A program made the translations under genes and the position numbers. 64,000 nucleotides of DNA, taken from sequence record AB910393.1, one strand, 5' to 3'. This stretch comes from Pseudomonas phage KPP25. Below the pieces are notes generated by a model. The model did no database searches. It was not told where the DNA came from and saw only the letters and a program-made list of their open reading frames with translations. Below, piece by piece: positions 38,520 through 48,567 of this stretch; within the stretch, counting starts at the first letter, position 1; each line of letters starts with the position of its first letter.

Positions 38520-38660
38520 TCTATCGCTGCGCCATACTCCGATAGCGCAAGGCTATCGGGGTACACCAGATATTGTGTCAAGTTCATTGCATTTGACCGA
38601 TGGGTAGGGGCAAGCCCATCCTTCACTTCCCCCTACCCATTTTCTCGCCTGGATTAGCCT

Positions 38661-41066
38661 ATGGACATCGCTTTCCTGTCCGCACCCGTGCCTCTGACGA
38701 AAACGTACAAGCAGCTTCGCGGACGCATCGAAAAATCGAACTACCCGAACACCTCGTCCTTCACCTCCCACACCGAAACACCGAAACGCCTCGAAGATTT
38801 CTACGCCGCCATCGTCGAGCACGCCAAGCAAGGCCACTGCTTGCTCAAGGGGCAGCTCAATCGAAACCTCGTCGAGGAATCCCGCGCTGGCTCGACCGAG
38901 AGCAACCAAGCCACCGAGTGGGTCTGTCTGGATATCGACGGCCTGGAAGTCGAATCCCCACAAGCGTTCATGGACGCCATCGGTCTTGGCAGTGTCAGTT
39001 ACATCGTCCAGTACAGCTCAAGCTATGGGGTACTTGATGACCTGCTGCGCTGCCACATCTTCTGCCTGCTGGACAAGCCGGTCGCTGCACCGCTGCTCAA
39101 GCAGTGGCTGATCGACGTGAACTTCAACACCGAGCTGCTGTGCAGCCAGATGTCCCTCACGCCGAGCGGCAACGGCCTGCACTGGCCCCTGGATATTACC
39201 ACCTGCCAGAACGACAAGCTGCTGTACATCGCGCCGCCGAACCTGATCGGCGTGCCTGATCCCTTGCAGCCCGACGAGCGCTACCAGCTCGTCAAGAACA
39301 AGGGTACGCACTTCAAGCTGCCGAAGCAGATCGGCACCGTCAGTGCGAACCGGTCGCGGATTGACGACAAGGTAAACGAGCTGCGCCTGGAAGCTGGTAT
39401 GCCCAAGCGCAAGGCGTCGAAGTACAACAGCATCGGCCCCGTCGAGTTCGTAGCGAACCCGGATCAATGCACCGTCACCGGGATTAAGGAAGACCGTGGT
39501 TTCGTCTACCTGAACCTGAACGGCGGCGACAGCTGGGGTTATTACCACCCGGTCGACAAGCCGGACTTCATCTACAACTTCAAGGGTGAGCCGACCTACA
39601 AGACCAAGGATCTGGTCCCGGACTATTGGCACGACCAGCAGCGCAAGGTCGAAGAGGCCGAAGAGTCCGGCGAGGTTGTCACGCATCTGGCATTCCGCGA
39701 CTTCAACTCGGCGAAGTATTACAACGGCTGGTATGACCCGGACACACGGGAGCTGGTACTCAAGCAAGCAGCCAGCGAGAAGCAATTGGCTGACTACATG
39801 GCCAGTCAAGGCCGCGCGCTGAGTGATCGAATCCCTATCTGGTCCATGGAGTTCCTGCCGTCCGAGGATTGGACGCTGAACCGTGACTATGATCCGCCGG
39901 TGATCAACACGTTCGTGCAGAGTCCTTACCTCCAGGCCAAGCGCCCAGCTAAAGCACCGAGTGTGCCGACGCTTATCGCGCGTATCATCCACCACGCATT
40001 GGGCGGTGACGAAGAAGTAACGGACCGGTTCTACAACTGGCTCGCCGCAGTGATGCAGAAGCGTGTAGCTATCGGCACCAGCTGGGTGCTCAGCGGCACG
40101 CAAGGCACTGGCAAGGGGCTGATCTGCAACAAGATCCTCCGCCCGATCCTGGGCGATACCTATGTCCAGCAGAAGCGCATGGACGAGTTGGACGAGAAGT
40201 TCAACGACTTCATGGAACAGTGCATCTTCCTCTTCGTCGATGAAGTGCAGCTGTCCGAAATGCGTAACGGCCGGGCACTGATGCAGCGAATCAAGAACCA
40301 GATCACCGAAGAACGGATCAGCATCCGCGGCATGCACCGCGCTGGGCAGATGATGGTGAACCACGTCAACTGGGTCTTCTGCACGAACATGCCTGACCCG
40401 ATCTACCTGACCAGTGACGACCGTCGCTTCAACATCGCACCGTTCCAGCCCAACAAGCTGCTGATCACCTCCGAAGAGATCGAAGCGATCGAAGACGAGC
40501 TGCAACAGTTCTGCGACTACCTGATGATGCGTGAAGTCGATTTCGACCTAGCGCGCGCGGTCATCATGACCGAGCAGCGTGAGCGCCTGATCAACACCAG
40601 CAGCACCAGCATCGAACTGGCTTGCGACGCTGTACGCCGCGGTGACCTCCAGTTCTTCCTCGACGAACTGCCGAGCGATAGCCAGTCCTTCGTGCTGCCT
40701 GACACCATGCTCAAGTTGTCCCAGTACAAGCGTGCGCTTCGTGAAGTCATCGAGCACGCTTCTACGGGCGGCAAAGGCGTAGGGCGGGATGTGCTCCACA
40801 CGCTGCTGCGCTACGTGCTACCGGACTGCCCCACGTCCAGCCACAAGTTCACTTCGCTGATCAAGCACCACGGCCTGTACGTGCAGTCCATGCGTATCGG
40901 TACGCGCACCACGCGCGGCATCGAAGTGGACTGGGTGGTCCCGGAAGGTGCCCTCGACCAGATCGATGGCGTCGCCGATAAACCGGTCAACGACGAGATT
41001 TCTCCGAAGACCAAAGCCGAACTGAAAAAGCACCTGAAAGGTGTAGCCGGAGGCAAATCGAAATGA
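38661..41066 (+). CDS. bifunctional primase-polymerase / SF3 (D5-like) helicase, 801 aa
   Basis: The N-terminal CLDIDG is an archaeo-eukaryotic-primase-like acidic motif. The C-terminus has Walker A GTQGTGKG and Walker B FLFVDE, typical of the P4/D5 helicase family. Confidence 0.8.
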   Translation: MDIAFLSAPVPLTKTYKQLRGRIEKSNYPNTSSFTSHTETPKRLEDFYAAIVEHAKQGHCLLKGQLNRNLVEESRAGSTESNQATEWVCLDIDGLEVESPQAFMDAIGLGSVSYIVQYSSSYGVLDDLLRCHIFCLLDKPVAAPLLKQWLIDVNFNTELLCSQMSLTPSGNGLHWPLDITTCQNDKLLYIAPPNLIGVPDPLQPDERYQLVKNKGTHFKLPKQIGTVSANRSRIDDKVNELRLEAGMPKRKASKYNSIGPVEFVANPDQCTVTGIKEDRGFVYLNLNGGDSWGYYHPVDKPDFIYNFKGEPTYKTKDLVPDYWHDQQRKVEEAEESGEVVTHLAFRDFNSAKYYNGWYDPDTRELVLKQAASEKQLADYMASQGRALSDRIPIWSMEFLPSEDWTLNRDYDPPVINTFVQSPYLQAKRPAKAPSVPTLIARIIHHALGGDEEVTDRFYNWLAAVMQKRVAIGTSWVLSGTQGTGKGLICNKILRPILGDTYVQQKRMDELDEKFNDFMEQCIFLFVDEVQLSEMRNGRALMQRIKNQITEERISIRGMHRAGQMMVNHVNWVFCTNMPDPIYLTSDDRRFNIAPFQPNKLLITSEEIEAIEDELQQFCDYLMMREVDFDLARAVIMTEQRERLINTSSTSIELACDAVRRGDLQFFLDELPSDSQSFVLPDTMLKLSQYKRALREVIEHASTGGKGVGRDVLHTLLRYVLPDCPTSSHKFTSLIKHHGLYVQSMRIGTRTTRGIEVDWVVPEGALDQIDGVADKPVNDEISPKTKAELKKHLKGVAGGKSK

Positions 41067-41290
41067 GCAACACCTATACCACGTACGTCATGCAGATGCC
41101 GACCGATCCGAAAATGCGCAGCAAATTCGTCGGTAAGCTGAACGACCTCGCCGACAAGTTCGGTGTTGAGTTCGTAGCCATGTCCTTGCACGACGAAATT
41201 TCCTGGGAAGAGTACCTGCGCAACGCAGTCGCGGAGGAATCGTCCATGGATCTCGAAACCCTCCGTACCAAATGGGAGAAAAATCAATGA
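41063..41290 (+). CDS. hypothetical protein, 75 aa
   Basis: Co-directional ORF. Confidence 0.45.
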   Translation: MSNTYTTYVMQMPTDPKMRSKFVGKLNDLADKFGVEFVAMSLHDEISWEEYLRNAVAEESSMDLETLRTKWEKNQ

Positions 41291-41628
41291 CCCGTCGCAC
41301 CGCCGCGAAACCCGCCGTCCCGACTTTCGACGTACCCGGCTACGACAAGCTGCGGGACGTACTGCACGCAGCCTATCAACAGGCTTCGGTCGGTAAAGGT
41401 CACGAACGCCACGGCAGCGAAGCAGCGTTCGAAGAACAATCCACGCAGATCATCAGCGGCCTGATGGGCACCTCTGACGGGATGTACTTCCAGGCCATGA
41501 AGAAGCTCAACGAGAGCCGTGGCATGGAACACGAAGCGCGCAAGCGTGAACTGCTCGGCGCGATCGTGTACATCGCCGGGATCTACATCTTCGAGGAAGC
41601 GCACAATGCCGCGGAACGTTCGTAATTT
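41287..41628 (+). CDS. hypothetical protein, 113 aa
   Basis: Co-directional ORF. Confidence 0.45.
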
Positions 41629-41878
41629 CTGGATCGAGCTGTCCGTAGACGGCAAGGCGACTAAAGTCGCTACTGGCCCTCAAGGCAAAGACGGCGGATT
41701 CGATCTGCTGGTCAAGCAACGTGACCAGGGCGGCATCATTGTCGCCCTGGCGGTGATAGGCCGCGCGAAGTACGTCGGTGACGAGATCCACCTCACTCTG
41801 ACTGCGGACGGTGAAGGTGTCAGTACCGCAGTCGAGGAAGGCAGTGTCGTCGTCCTCAAGTGCAAGACCATTCGATAG
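41606..41878 (+). CDS. hypothetical protein, ~90 aa
   Basis: Co-directional ORF. Confidence 0.4.
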   Translation: MPRNVRNFWIELSVDGKATKVATGPQGKDGGFDLLVKQRDQGGIIVALAVIGRAKYVGDEIHLTLTADGEGVSTAVEEGSVVVLKCKTIR

Positions 41879-41887
41879 GAGGCTGGC

Positions 41888-42649
41888 ATGGCCAAGCATA
41901 TTCAACTCACCAACACCATGCGTGAGCACATCGCTTCGATGCTCATGTGCGAGGCAGCGAAACCGAAAGCGGCGGACCTGATCGCTCGCGTAACGGATCT
42001 CAACGACAAGTTCTGGCATACGCACGCGAAACGTTTAGCCGCGATGGGTATCACTTCCAGTACCTGGCCCGACCTGATCGTGAACGGCGTATGCACTTCT
42101 GTGTTAACCGCCATTCCGTGCTACTACGAAACGAAGTTAGGTCAGTACAGTAGTAGCCGCTCGGAAGATACTTCCCTCAAGACGTACGGAGTGTATCCAC
42201 ATATCGCCTTGCGGACTTTCCAAGAACATGGCGTACTCATTCGTAGCCTGCTGAGTTCTGATGCTTTCGCACCGCTTAACAAGTTCATCACTACGGAATA
42301 CAAGTTGAACTACGACTTCAAGTTGAAGTTCGTAGCGTCTGCTACGGTGCCCCGCATCGTCAACATGTCCGTTAAAACCGTGGAGGTTGCGGGTATTCAC
42401 CAATCCATGGGTGAGCTGTGCGCTGACATCAACGAAGTGATCCGTGCAGCACTCGACTTCCACAAACAAGCACTCGAACTTCTGCGTGCGTGCCGCACTT
42501 CCAAGCAGCTGGAAGAGCTATTCCCCGAAGCGATGCGGTTCTTGCCGGCCAAAACCCAGGAGAAGAGGCAGGATATCGCGCCTGTCGAGCTGGCGGCCAA
42601 TGTCCGCAGCATGCTGAACAAAGGCGTCCCGCCGGTCATCACCAAGTAA
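41888..42649 (+). CDS. hypothetical protein, 253 aa
   Basis: Co-directional ORF. Confidence 0.5.
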   Translation: MAKHIQLTNTMREHIASMLMCEAAKPKAADLIARVTDLNDKFWHTHAKRLAAMGITSSTWPDLIVNGVCTSVLTAIPCYYETKLGQYSSSRSEDTSLKTYGVYPHIALRTFQEHGVLIRSLLSSDAFAPLNKFITTEYKLNYDFKLKFVASATVPRIVNMSVKTVEVAGIHQSMGELCADINEVIRAALDFHKQALELLRACRTSKQLEELFPEAMRFLPAKTQEKRQDIAPVELAANVRSMLNKGVPPVITK

Positions 42650-42661
42650 TCCCCCCGCCTT

Positions 42662-42687
42662 GCCACCGGGAAACCGGTGGCTTTTTT
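42662..42687 (+). terminator. rho-independent terminator
   Basis: GCCACCGG-GAAA-CCGGTGGC hairpin followed by TTTTTTG. Confidence 0.65.
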
Positions 42688-42736
42688 GTTACGCTGTAAT
42701 GTACAATGCAGCAGACTAATCCCTGGAGCTACCCTC

Positions 42737-43465
42737 ATGCGCTGGTCGATCAGTAAGCTGCACGTCCGCGAAGGCTGTGCATACCGCTACAAACTGAAGT
42801 ACATCGACAAAGTTCCCGAACCTGAACGCCCCCTCCCCCCTGGTAAGTCTGAGCACGCGAATGACCGCGGCTCTCGTGTCCACGAGCAGAACGAACTATT
42901 CGTTCGCGGTGAAGTGGACAAGCTGCCGGCAGAATCTGCTGACTTCCAAGCCTTGATCGAAGACCTGCAAGAACGTTTCCGCGCCGGCTTGGTCATGCTG
43001 GAGCATGACTGGTGCTTCGACGAAGATTGGGAACCCTGCTCGCCCGAAGAGCGGGCCGCCATCGCCATCGTCGACGTGGCTGTCTGGATCGTCAAAGATC
43101 GTTGGCTCCTGATCATCGATTACAAGACCGGGCGCAAGTACGAAACCAAGCACATGGATCAGATGCAGCTCTATGCCCTGGCCGCCTTCAAGAAATGGCC
43201 GTTCCTCGAACGAGTCACTACCGAACTCTGGTATCTCGACATCGACGAGATATCGACCAGCCATTTCACCCGAAACCATATCCCGGCTATCCAACGTGCG
43301 TTCCACAACCGCGTCGGGAAGATGGAACGGGACACCGAATTCAAACCGGCCGCGAATATCTACAGCTGCCGGTACTGCCCGTATAAGGACGGGATTTGTC
43401 CGCACGCGGTAGACGAAAAAACGCCCGTGAAGGGCAACGAATGGGCCTCTGAGTGGAAGATATGA
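42737..43465 (+). CDS. PD-(D/E)xK nuclease, Cas4/RecB-exonuclease-like, 243 aa
   Basis: An IIDYKTG-type motif and a C-terminal Cys cluster (CRYCPYKDGIC), typical of the Cas4/DUF83 family. Confidence 0.65.
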   Translation: MRWSISKLHVREGCAYRYKLKYIDKVPEPERPLPPGKSEHANDRGSRVHEQNELFVRGEVDKLPAESADFQALIEDLQERFRAGLVMLEHDWCFDEDWEPCSPEERAAIAIVDVAVWIVKDRWLLIIDYKTGRKYETKHMDQMQLYALAAFKKWPFLERVTTELWYLDIDEISTSHFTRNHIPAIQRAFHNRVGKMERDTEFKPAANIYSCRYCPYKDGICPHAVDEKTPVKGNEWASEWKI

Positions 43466-43764
43466 AGAACCTGTACGCTGAACTGAAGAAGCGTTTCGAT
43501 ATCGACGTAGCCCTGTCCGACACAGGGTTTCGTTTTGTCTACGGAGCCATCGACCAGTCGGACGGTGATTACCGCGTAGGCATGGCCTCTTTCAAGATGG
43601 GTCTGCGTCCGGACCCGGTGATGTACAACCGCTACCAGTACGACATGCTGAACCGCCTCAAAGGCTACCTCGGCGACCATCTACGCGCGGACCGTGCCCT
43701 GGCCGAGCTGTTCCATGCTACCCGCATGCGCGCGAAGCTGCGGTCCCAGCCCGCAGTTGCGTGA
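43462..43764 (+). CDS. hypothetical protein, ~100 aa
   Basis: Co-directional ORF. Confidence 0.4.
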   Translation: MKNLYAELKKRFDIDVALSDTGFRFVYGAIDQSDGDYRVGMASFKMGLRPDPVMYNRYQYDMLNRLKGYLGDHLRADRALAELFHATRMRAKLRSQPAVA

Positions 43765-43774
43765 AGGAGGACTC

Positions 43775-45136
43775 ATGGCAAAGTTCAAACCGATCAAACT
43801 GATGCCGCACCAGAAGAAGACGCTGAAGAAGCGCGGCGAAACTTCGATCTTGCTGGATCTGTCTGAACCGGGCACCGGGAAGTCCGTGGCGCATGCAACG
43901 CATTTCGTCGAGCATCGGAAGGCTGGAGGTGGAGCTGGACTGATCGTAGCGCCGCTGTCGTTGATCGATACGGTATGGCCGCATGAAGTCGGTCTGGTCG
44001 ATCCTGATGTCGATATCAGCGTGGCATTCGCCAGCAATCGCGCCAAGGCATTCCAACCGGGCCACGATCTGTACGTCACCAACTACAACGGCCTGGAGTA
44101 CCTGTCCGAAAACCCCAGCCTCATGCGGAAGTTGGGAATCGATTGGTTCCTCGGCGACGAGGCCACCGCCTTCAAGAACCCGCAGGCCAAGCGCACGAAG
44201 CGCTGCCATAAACTGGTTCGGAACGTCGAGTTCAAAGCGCTGCTGTCCGGTTCGCTCGGCGCGAAGATGATCACCGATTACTTCGCACCGACGCTGATAC
44301 TCGACGACGGTAAACGCCTGGGATGGCAGTTCAGCCGGTTCCGCGAAGCAACCTGCTACCCGGTGCAAGTTGGCCGGCAAGCGCACATGATCCAATGGGA
44401 GCCGCGCGAAGGCGCAGACTTGGCCGTGGCTCAGCTCTTGCAGGACATCAGCATCCGTCACCTCTTCGCCACCACGGTGAAGCAGAGCATCCGCACGATC
44501 GAATTCAAGCTGCCGCCGAAGCTGCGCAAGTTGTACGAGCAGATGGCGCGGGAGCAAGCCATGTTCCTCAAGGACAAGGTGATCACCGCGGCGAACGGTG
44601 GGGCAGCCGCGCAGAAGTTGCTCCAGATCGCCAGCGGCTCGACCTACGACAACCAGAAGGCCAACACCCTGCTCGACATGCAGCGGTACGAACTTGTCGC
44701 TGATCTGGCCGAGGAACGCGAAAAGACCCTGATCGCGTTCCAGTGGCACCACCAGCGTGAAGCGCTTGAGCTGCTGCTGAAAAAGCGAGGGCGGACCACC
44801 GCGTATATCGACGGCACCGTACCGGGCGAGAAGCGTAAAGCTATCGTCGAAGCGCACAAGCGCGGTGAGATCGATGACCTGCTTCTTCAACCGCAAGCGG
44901 CTGCACACGGCCTGACCCTGGTGAATGCCAGGACTACGATTTGGGCCACGCCGACCTACGACTATGAGCTGTTTGACCAGCTCAACCGGCGGACCTATCG
45001 GACTGGCCAGAGCCAGGATTGCGAAGTCATCGTGATATGCGCCGAGAACACACTCGACGCCAAAGCCTTCGAGGTCTGCACGACCAAAGGCAAGCGCATG
45101 ATGACGATGTTCGAGTACATCCGCGACTTCACGTAA
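43775..45136 (+). CDS. SNF2/DEAD-like superfamily-2 helicase, ~453 aa
   Basis: GGAGG Shine-Dalgarno. Motif I (PGTGKS), motif II (DEAT) and C-terminal helicase-domain motifs. Confidence 0.8.
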   Translation: MAKFKPIKLMPHQKKTLKKRGETSILLDLSEPGTGKSVAHATHFVEHRKAGGGAGLIVAPLSLIDTVWPHEVGLVDPDVDISVAFASNRAKAFQPGHDLYVTNYNGLEYLSENPSLMRKLGIDWFLGDEATAFKNPQAKRTKRCHKLVRNVEFKALLSGSLGAKMITDYFAPTLILDDGKRLGWQFSRFREATCYPVQVGRQAHMIQWEPREGADLAVAQLLQDISIRHLFATTVKQSIRTIEFKLPPKLRKLYEQMAREQAMFLKDKVITAANGGAAAQKLLQIASGSTYDNQKANTLLDMQRYELVADLAEEREKTLIAFQWHHQREALELLLKKRGRTTAYIDGTVPGEKRKAIVEAHKRGEIDDLLLQPQAAAHGLTLVNARTTIWATPTYDYELFDQLNRRTYRTGQSQDCEVIVICAENTLDAKAFEVCTTKGKRMMTMFEYIRDFT

Positions 45137-45147
45137 GGATCGTTGCG

Positions 45148-47112
45148 ATGACGATTATGGTTCCGCGCATCCACGACGGGATGAAACCCGTTACGCTGCG
45201 CCCGTTGAAGAAATTCAAACCGCTGGTGGTCGACTTCGAAACCTACTGGGGTCCGAAGTATTCCCTGCGCATGATGTCTACCAGCGATTACGTTCGCGGT
45301 GACCAGTTCAAGATCCACTGCGTAGGTGCCAAGCTGGGCAACGCCAAGACGCGTATCTTCACCGACATGAAGAAGTTCGCTGCATGGCTGGCGAAGATCC
45401 AGGCTGAGTATGAGATCGAACTGATCGGCCACAACCTGTACTTCGACGGCTTGATCCTCAGCGAGTATTTCGGATTCGTGCCGGCGGCTTACCGCTGCAC
45501 GATGTCGATGTCGAAAGGGCTGTTCCGCAACACCATCGCGCACGGCCTTGACACCGTAGCGAAGCTGTTCGGCCTGGCCGGTAAAGTAAAGGCCCAGGCC
45601 AACGTGAACACGTTCGGCAAACGGGATCTCACGCGGCACGAGTTGAGTGACCTCGGCGAATACTGCATCGACGACTGCGAAGACACCTACAGAATCTACC
45701 AGGCCATGCGTCCGTACATGCCGGACGATGAAATGGACATCATCCACGACACCGTACGGTGCTTCTGTGATCCGATCCTTCGCGTGAACGGGCCGATGTT
45801 GGAAGAGGCCATCGCCGAAGTAGAAGCCAAGCGCGCGATCTTGTACGAACAAGCCATCGCGCTGGTCAATACCTTGGCCCCCGGCATGGTCAACGCGAAG
45901 CGCCCGTTCGAGACGGTGCTGCGATCTGCTGTCGATTTCCCGCTGCTGCTTGAAGCACTCGGCGTCGAAGTGCCGATGAAGCAGAACGACAAAGGCTTGT
46001 GGATACCAGCACTGGCCAAGAAAGACACAGGGTTCGTCGAGCTGTGCGAAGACCCTGATCCTCTGGTCCGTCTTCTGTGTGAAGCGCGACTTCAGTTCAC
46101 GTCGAACCAGACCGTCACGCGTGCGCAGCGCCTGCTGGACGCTACCCAGGACGGAGCACTGCTGCCGGTGATGTACGGCTACTGCGGCGCATTGTCGATG
46201 CGCTGGACAGCCGGCAACAAGATGAATCTCCAAAACCTTCAGCGGGGGTCGGCGCTTCGCCGAGCCATCGAAGCGCCGAAGGGCTGGCACATCATGACCG
46301 GGGACTCGGCACAGATCGAAGCACGAATTCTGGCGTACATAGCTGGGCAGTGGGATCTGGTCGAAGCGTTCCGCGTCGGCGCGGACGTGTACTCCGAATT
46401 CGCCATGGAGATTTACCCGGATGTCGAGGTAAGCAAGGAAAACCCGGATACGGAAACCGAGCGTCACGTAGGTAAGACTTCCATCCTCGGCCTGGGTTAC
46501 GGCATGGGGTTCAGGAAGTTCATCACCACGATGGCGACCAGCTTCATCCCCGTGCTGATGGAAGTCGAAGACGCCAAGCACGTCGTGAACACGTACCGCA
46601 CGAAGTACCCGATGATCCCGGCGTTGTGGAAGTACCTCGACAGCATCCTGGCCGATATGGCTGCTGGTAACAGCGGGTTCATCGAGTTCCAGTGCGGGCT
46701 TCGCCTGGAATACGAACCTGACCGGATCTGGATGCCGAATGGCCTGTGCCTGCATTACCCCGAACTCCGTGAAGAGTACGACGAGGACACTGGGCGGAAG
46801 AACGGCTACACCTACTCGATCGTCCGCGGGAAGAACGTCAGCCGGAAGAAAATCTACGGCGGGCTGCTGACTGAAAACATCGTCCAGTGCTTGGCGCGGA
46901 TCGTAGTGGGTGACCAGATGCGGCTCATGGCGAAAGCCTACCGTGTGGTCATGACCACACACGACGAAGTGTCGATGCTGGTCCGGGCTACGAAGACAGC
47001 GCTGGCCAAGGCCACGAAGTTCATGGTGAAAACGATGTCCACTGCACCCTGGTGGGCACCTGACCTGCCGGTGGCGACTGAAGTGAAGGACGCCCCGTAC
47101 TACTGCAAGTAG
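45148..47112 (+). CDS. DNA polymerase family A (Pol I-like) with 3'-5' exonuclease domain, ~654 aa
   Basis: AAGGA Shine-Dalgarno. Exo I motif (VVDFETY), polymerase motif A region (DSAQIEARILA), motif B (RHVGKTSILGLGYGMG) and motif C (THDEV). Confidence 0.85.
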   Translation: MTIMVPRIHDGMKPVTLRPLKKFKPLVVDFETYWGPKYSLRMMSTSDYVRGDQFKIHCVGAKLGNAKTRIFTDMKKFAAWLAKIQAEYEIELIGHNLYFDGLILSEYFGFVPAAYRCTMSMSKGLFRNTIAHGLDTVAKLFGLAGKVKAQANVNTFGKRDLTRHELSDLGEYCIDDCEDTYRIYQAMRPYMPDDEMDIIHDTVRCFCDPILRVNGPMLEEAIAEVEAKRAILYEQAIALVNTLAPGMVNAKRPFETVLRSAVDFPLLLEALGVEVPMKQNDKGLWIPALAKKDTGFVELCEDPDPLVRLLCEARLQFTSNQTVTRAQRLLDATQDGALLPVMYGYCGALSMRWTAGNKMNLQNLQRGSALRRAIEAPKGWHIMTGDSAQIEARILAYIAGQWDLVEAFRVGADVYSEFAMEIYPDVEVSKENPDTETERHVGKTSILGLGYGMGFRKFITTMATSFIPVLMEVEDAKHVVNTYRTKYPMIPALWKYLDSILADMAAGNSGFIEFQCGLRLEYEPDRIWMPNGLCLHYPELREEYDEDTGRKNGYTYSIVRGKNVSRKKIYGGLLTENIVQCLARIVVGDQMRLMAKAYRVVMTTHDEVSMLVRATKTALAKATKFMVKTMSTAPWWAPDLPVATEVKDAPYYCK

Positions 47113-47121
47113 GAGATCGAA

Positions 47122-47343
47122 ATGAGCGTGACGTTGTACCAGAGCGAACTGATGCGGTGTGAGAATTTGCAGACGGGCAACGTCACGTACTACATGCAGG
47201 TGTGCAACGCGATGCGGAGGATTTCCAAAGCCGAGTACGACGAGCGCTACACCAAGGCTGACGGTCTGACCTGTCTGTACACCAAGAGAAGTAAACGTTA
47301 CTGCCGGCATTACCTTACCCTGCTCTACGAGGTGGCGAAATGA
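47122..47343 (+). CDS. hypothetical protein, 73 aa
   Basis: Co-directional ORF. Confidence 0.4.
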   Translation: MSVTLYQSELMRCENLQTGNVTYYMQVCNAMRRISKAEYDERYTKADGLTCLYTKRSKRYCRHYLTLLYEVAK

Positions 47344-47705
47344 AGCTCGACAAGATTGCGGCATTGCCTTTCCCTACTTTACAAGGTGGCGAAATGAAGT
47401 TCGACAAGATTGAGTACAGCGTATGCAACGATTGCTTGCTCTTCGTGGCGGACGGTGAACCGCCGGAGAACGGTGCCGACATAGAAGCCGCGATGCGACG
47501 AGAGATCGGCGAAGCGAAGAATGCGTACTTCGTGTGCGGCGTCGAGCCAACCGAAGATGACCCCGATGGGATCGGTGAAAACGAATTCAGCTGGCAATGG
47601 TGCGAACTTTGCCTGAGCACGCTCGGTGGTAGTCGCTACGGCGTGACGTTGATGATACCCCTGGAAGAAGGAACCGAGGATGGCAGCGCCGAAGAGCCGG
47701 ACTAA
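47340..47705 (+). CDS. hypothetical protein, ~110-121 aa
   Basis: Two alternative starts created by a 28-bp duplicated Shine-Dalgarno-plus-ATG segment. Confidence 0.4.
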   Translation: MKLDKIAALPFPTLQGGEMKFDKIEYSVCNDCLLFVADGEPPENGADIEAAMRREIGEAKNAYFVCGVEPTEDDPDGIGENEFSWQWCELCLSTLGGSRYGVTLMIPLEEGTEDGSAEEPD

Positions 47706-48072
47706 CCCCAACTGGCTAGCACTGCAAGATCCGAACGACCCTTCCCTCAACAAGAATTACCGGAGATCGGTACGCTACTACAGGCAGCTGTTCCTGGCAT
47801 GGCCGAAGTGGTGTGCCGATCATCCGGGGTTCAAGAAAATCTACGACGAAGCCGCGCGCCGTCGTAGTGCTGGCGAGGACGTGCATGTGGATCACATCGT
47901 GCCGATCTGTTCCAAGCTGGTTTGTGGTCTGCATGTTCCGTGGAACCTACAGATCATAGGCGCAGGCCCGAACCTCAAGAAGTCCAACTTGTGGTGGCCG
48001 GACCATCCGTTCGAGAACCAGTGTCTCTTCGGCGGGTCCGATGAACCTGAGCAGTACGAACTTCGTCTGTAA
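47680..48072 (+). CDS. HNH homing-type endonuclease, 130 aa
   Basis: HVDHIVP...H...N motif pattern. Confidence 0.7.
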   Translation: MAAPKSRTNPNWLALQDPNDPSLNKNYRRSVRYYRQLFLAWPKWCADHPGFKKIYDEAARRRSAGEDVHVDHIVPICSKLVCGLHVPWNLQIIGAGPNLKKSNLWWPDHPFENQCLFGGSDEPEQYELRL

Positions 48073-48095
48073 TTGTTACTTTGGGAGTTGCAACA

Positions 48096-48499
48096 TGGCA
48101 ACGAAAAAACCTACAATCTCTTTCGACCGCGATGCCGCGATCAAGGAGTTCCACAAGCTCTCCAAGCAGATCACTGACCTGAACGCGAAAGTCAAGGAAC
48201 TGACCTCGCTCAAGGCCAGCTTGGAAGAAGAGCTGATCGAACACCTGAACATGGAACAACTCGGCACCGTGACGTTGAAGAACGGAATGGGAGTCAAGCT
48301 GCAAGACTCCGTGGTGCCGCAAGCCGAGGACTGGGACGTGTTCTACAAATGGATGTCCCGGACCAAGAACTTCCAGATGCTCGAACGCCGCTTGACGGTG
48401 ACGGCATACCGGGAGTTCCGGGAGAAGGGCAAAGAAGTCCCTGGCCTGCGCGATTTCACCAAGACCAAGGTCGGTCTGATCAACCCGCCGAAGAAGTAA
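48096..48499 (+). CDS. hypothetical protein, ~134 aa
   Basis: Co-directional ORF. Confidence 0.45.
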
Positions 48500-48567
48500 T
48501 TCGGCGGGGCTTTTCGAAGCTCACAACGTAAGCAAAGCCCACAACGTAACCGAGAGGAAACAGCCTG

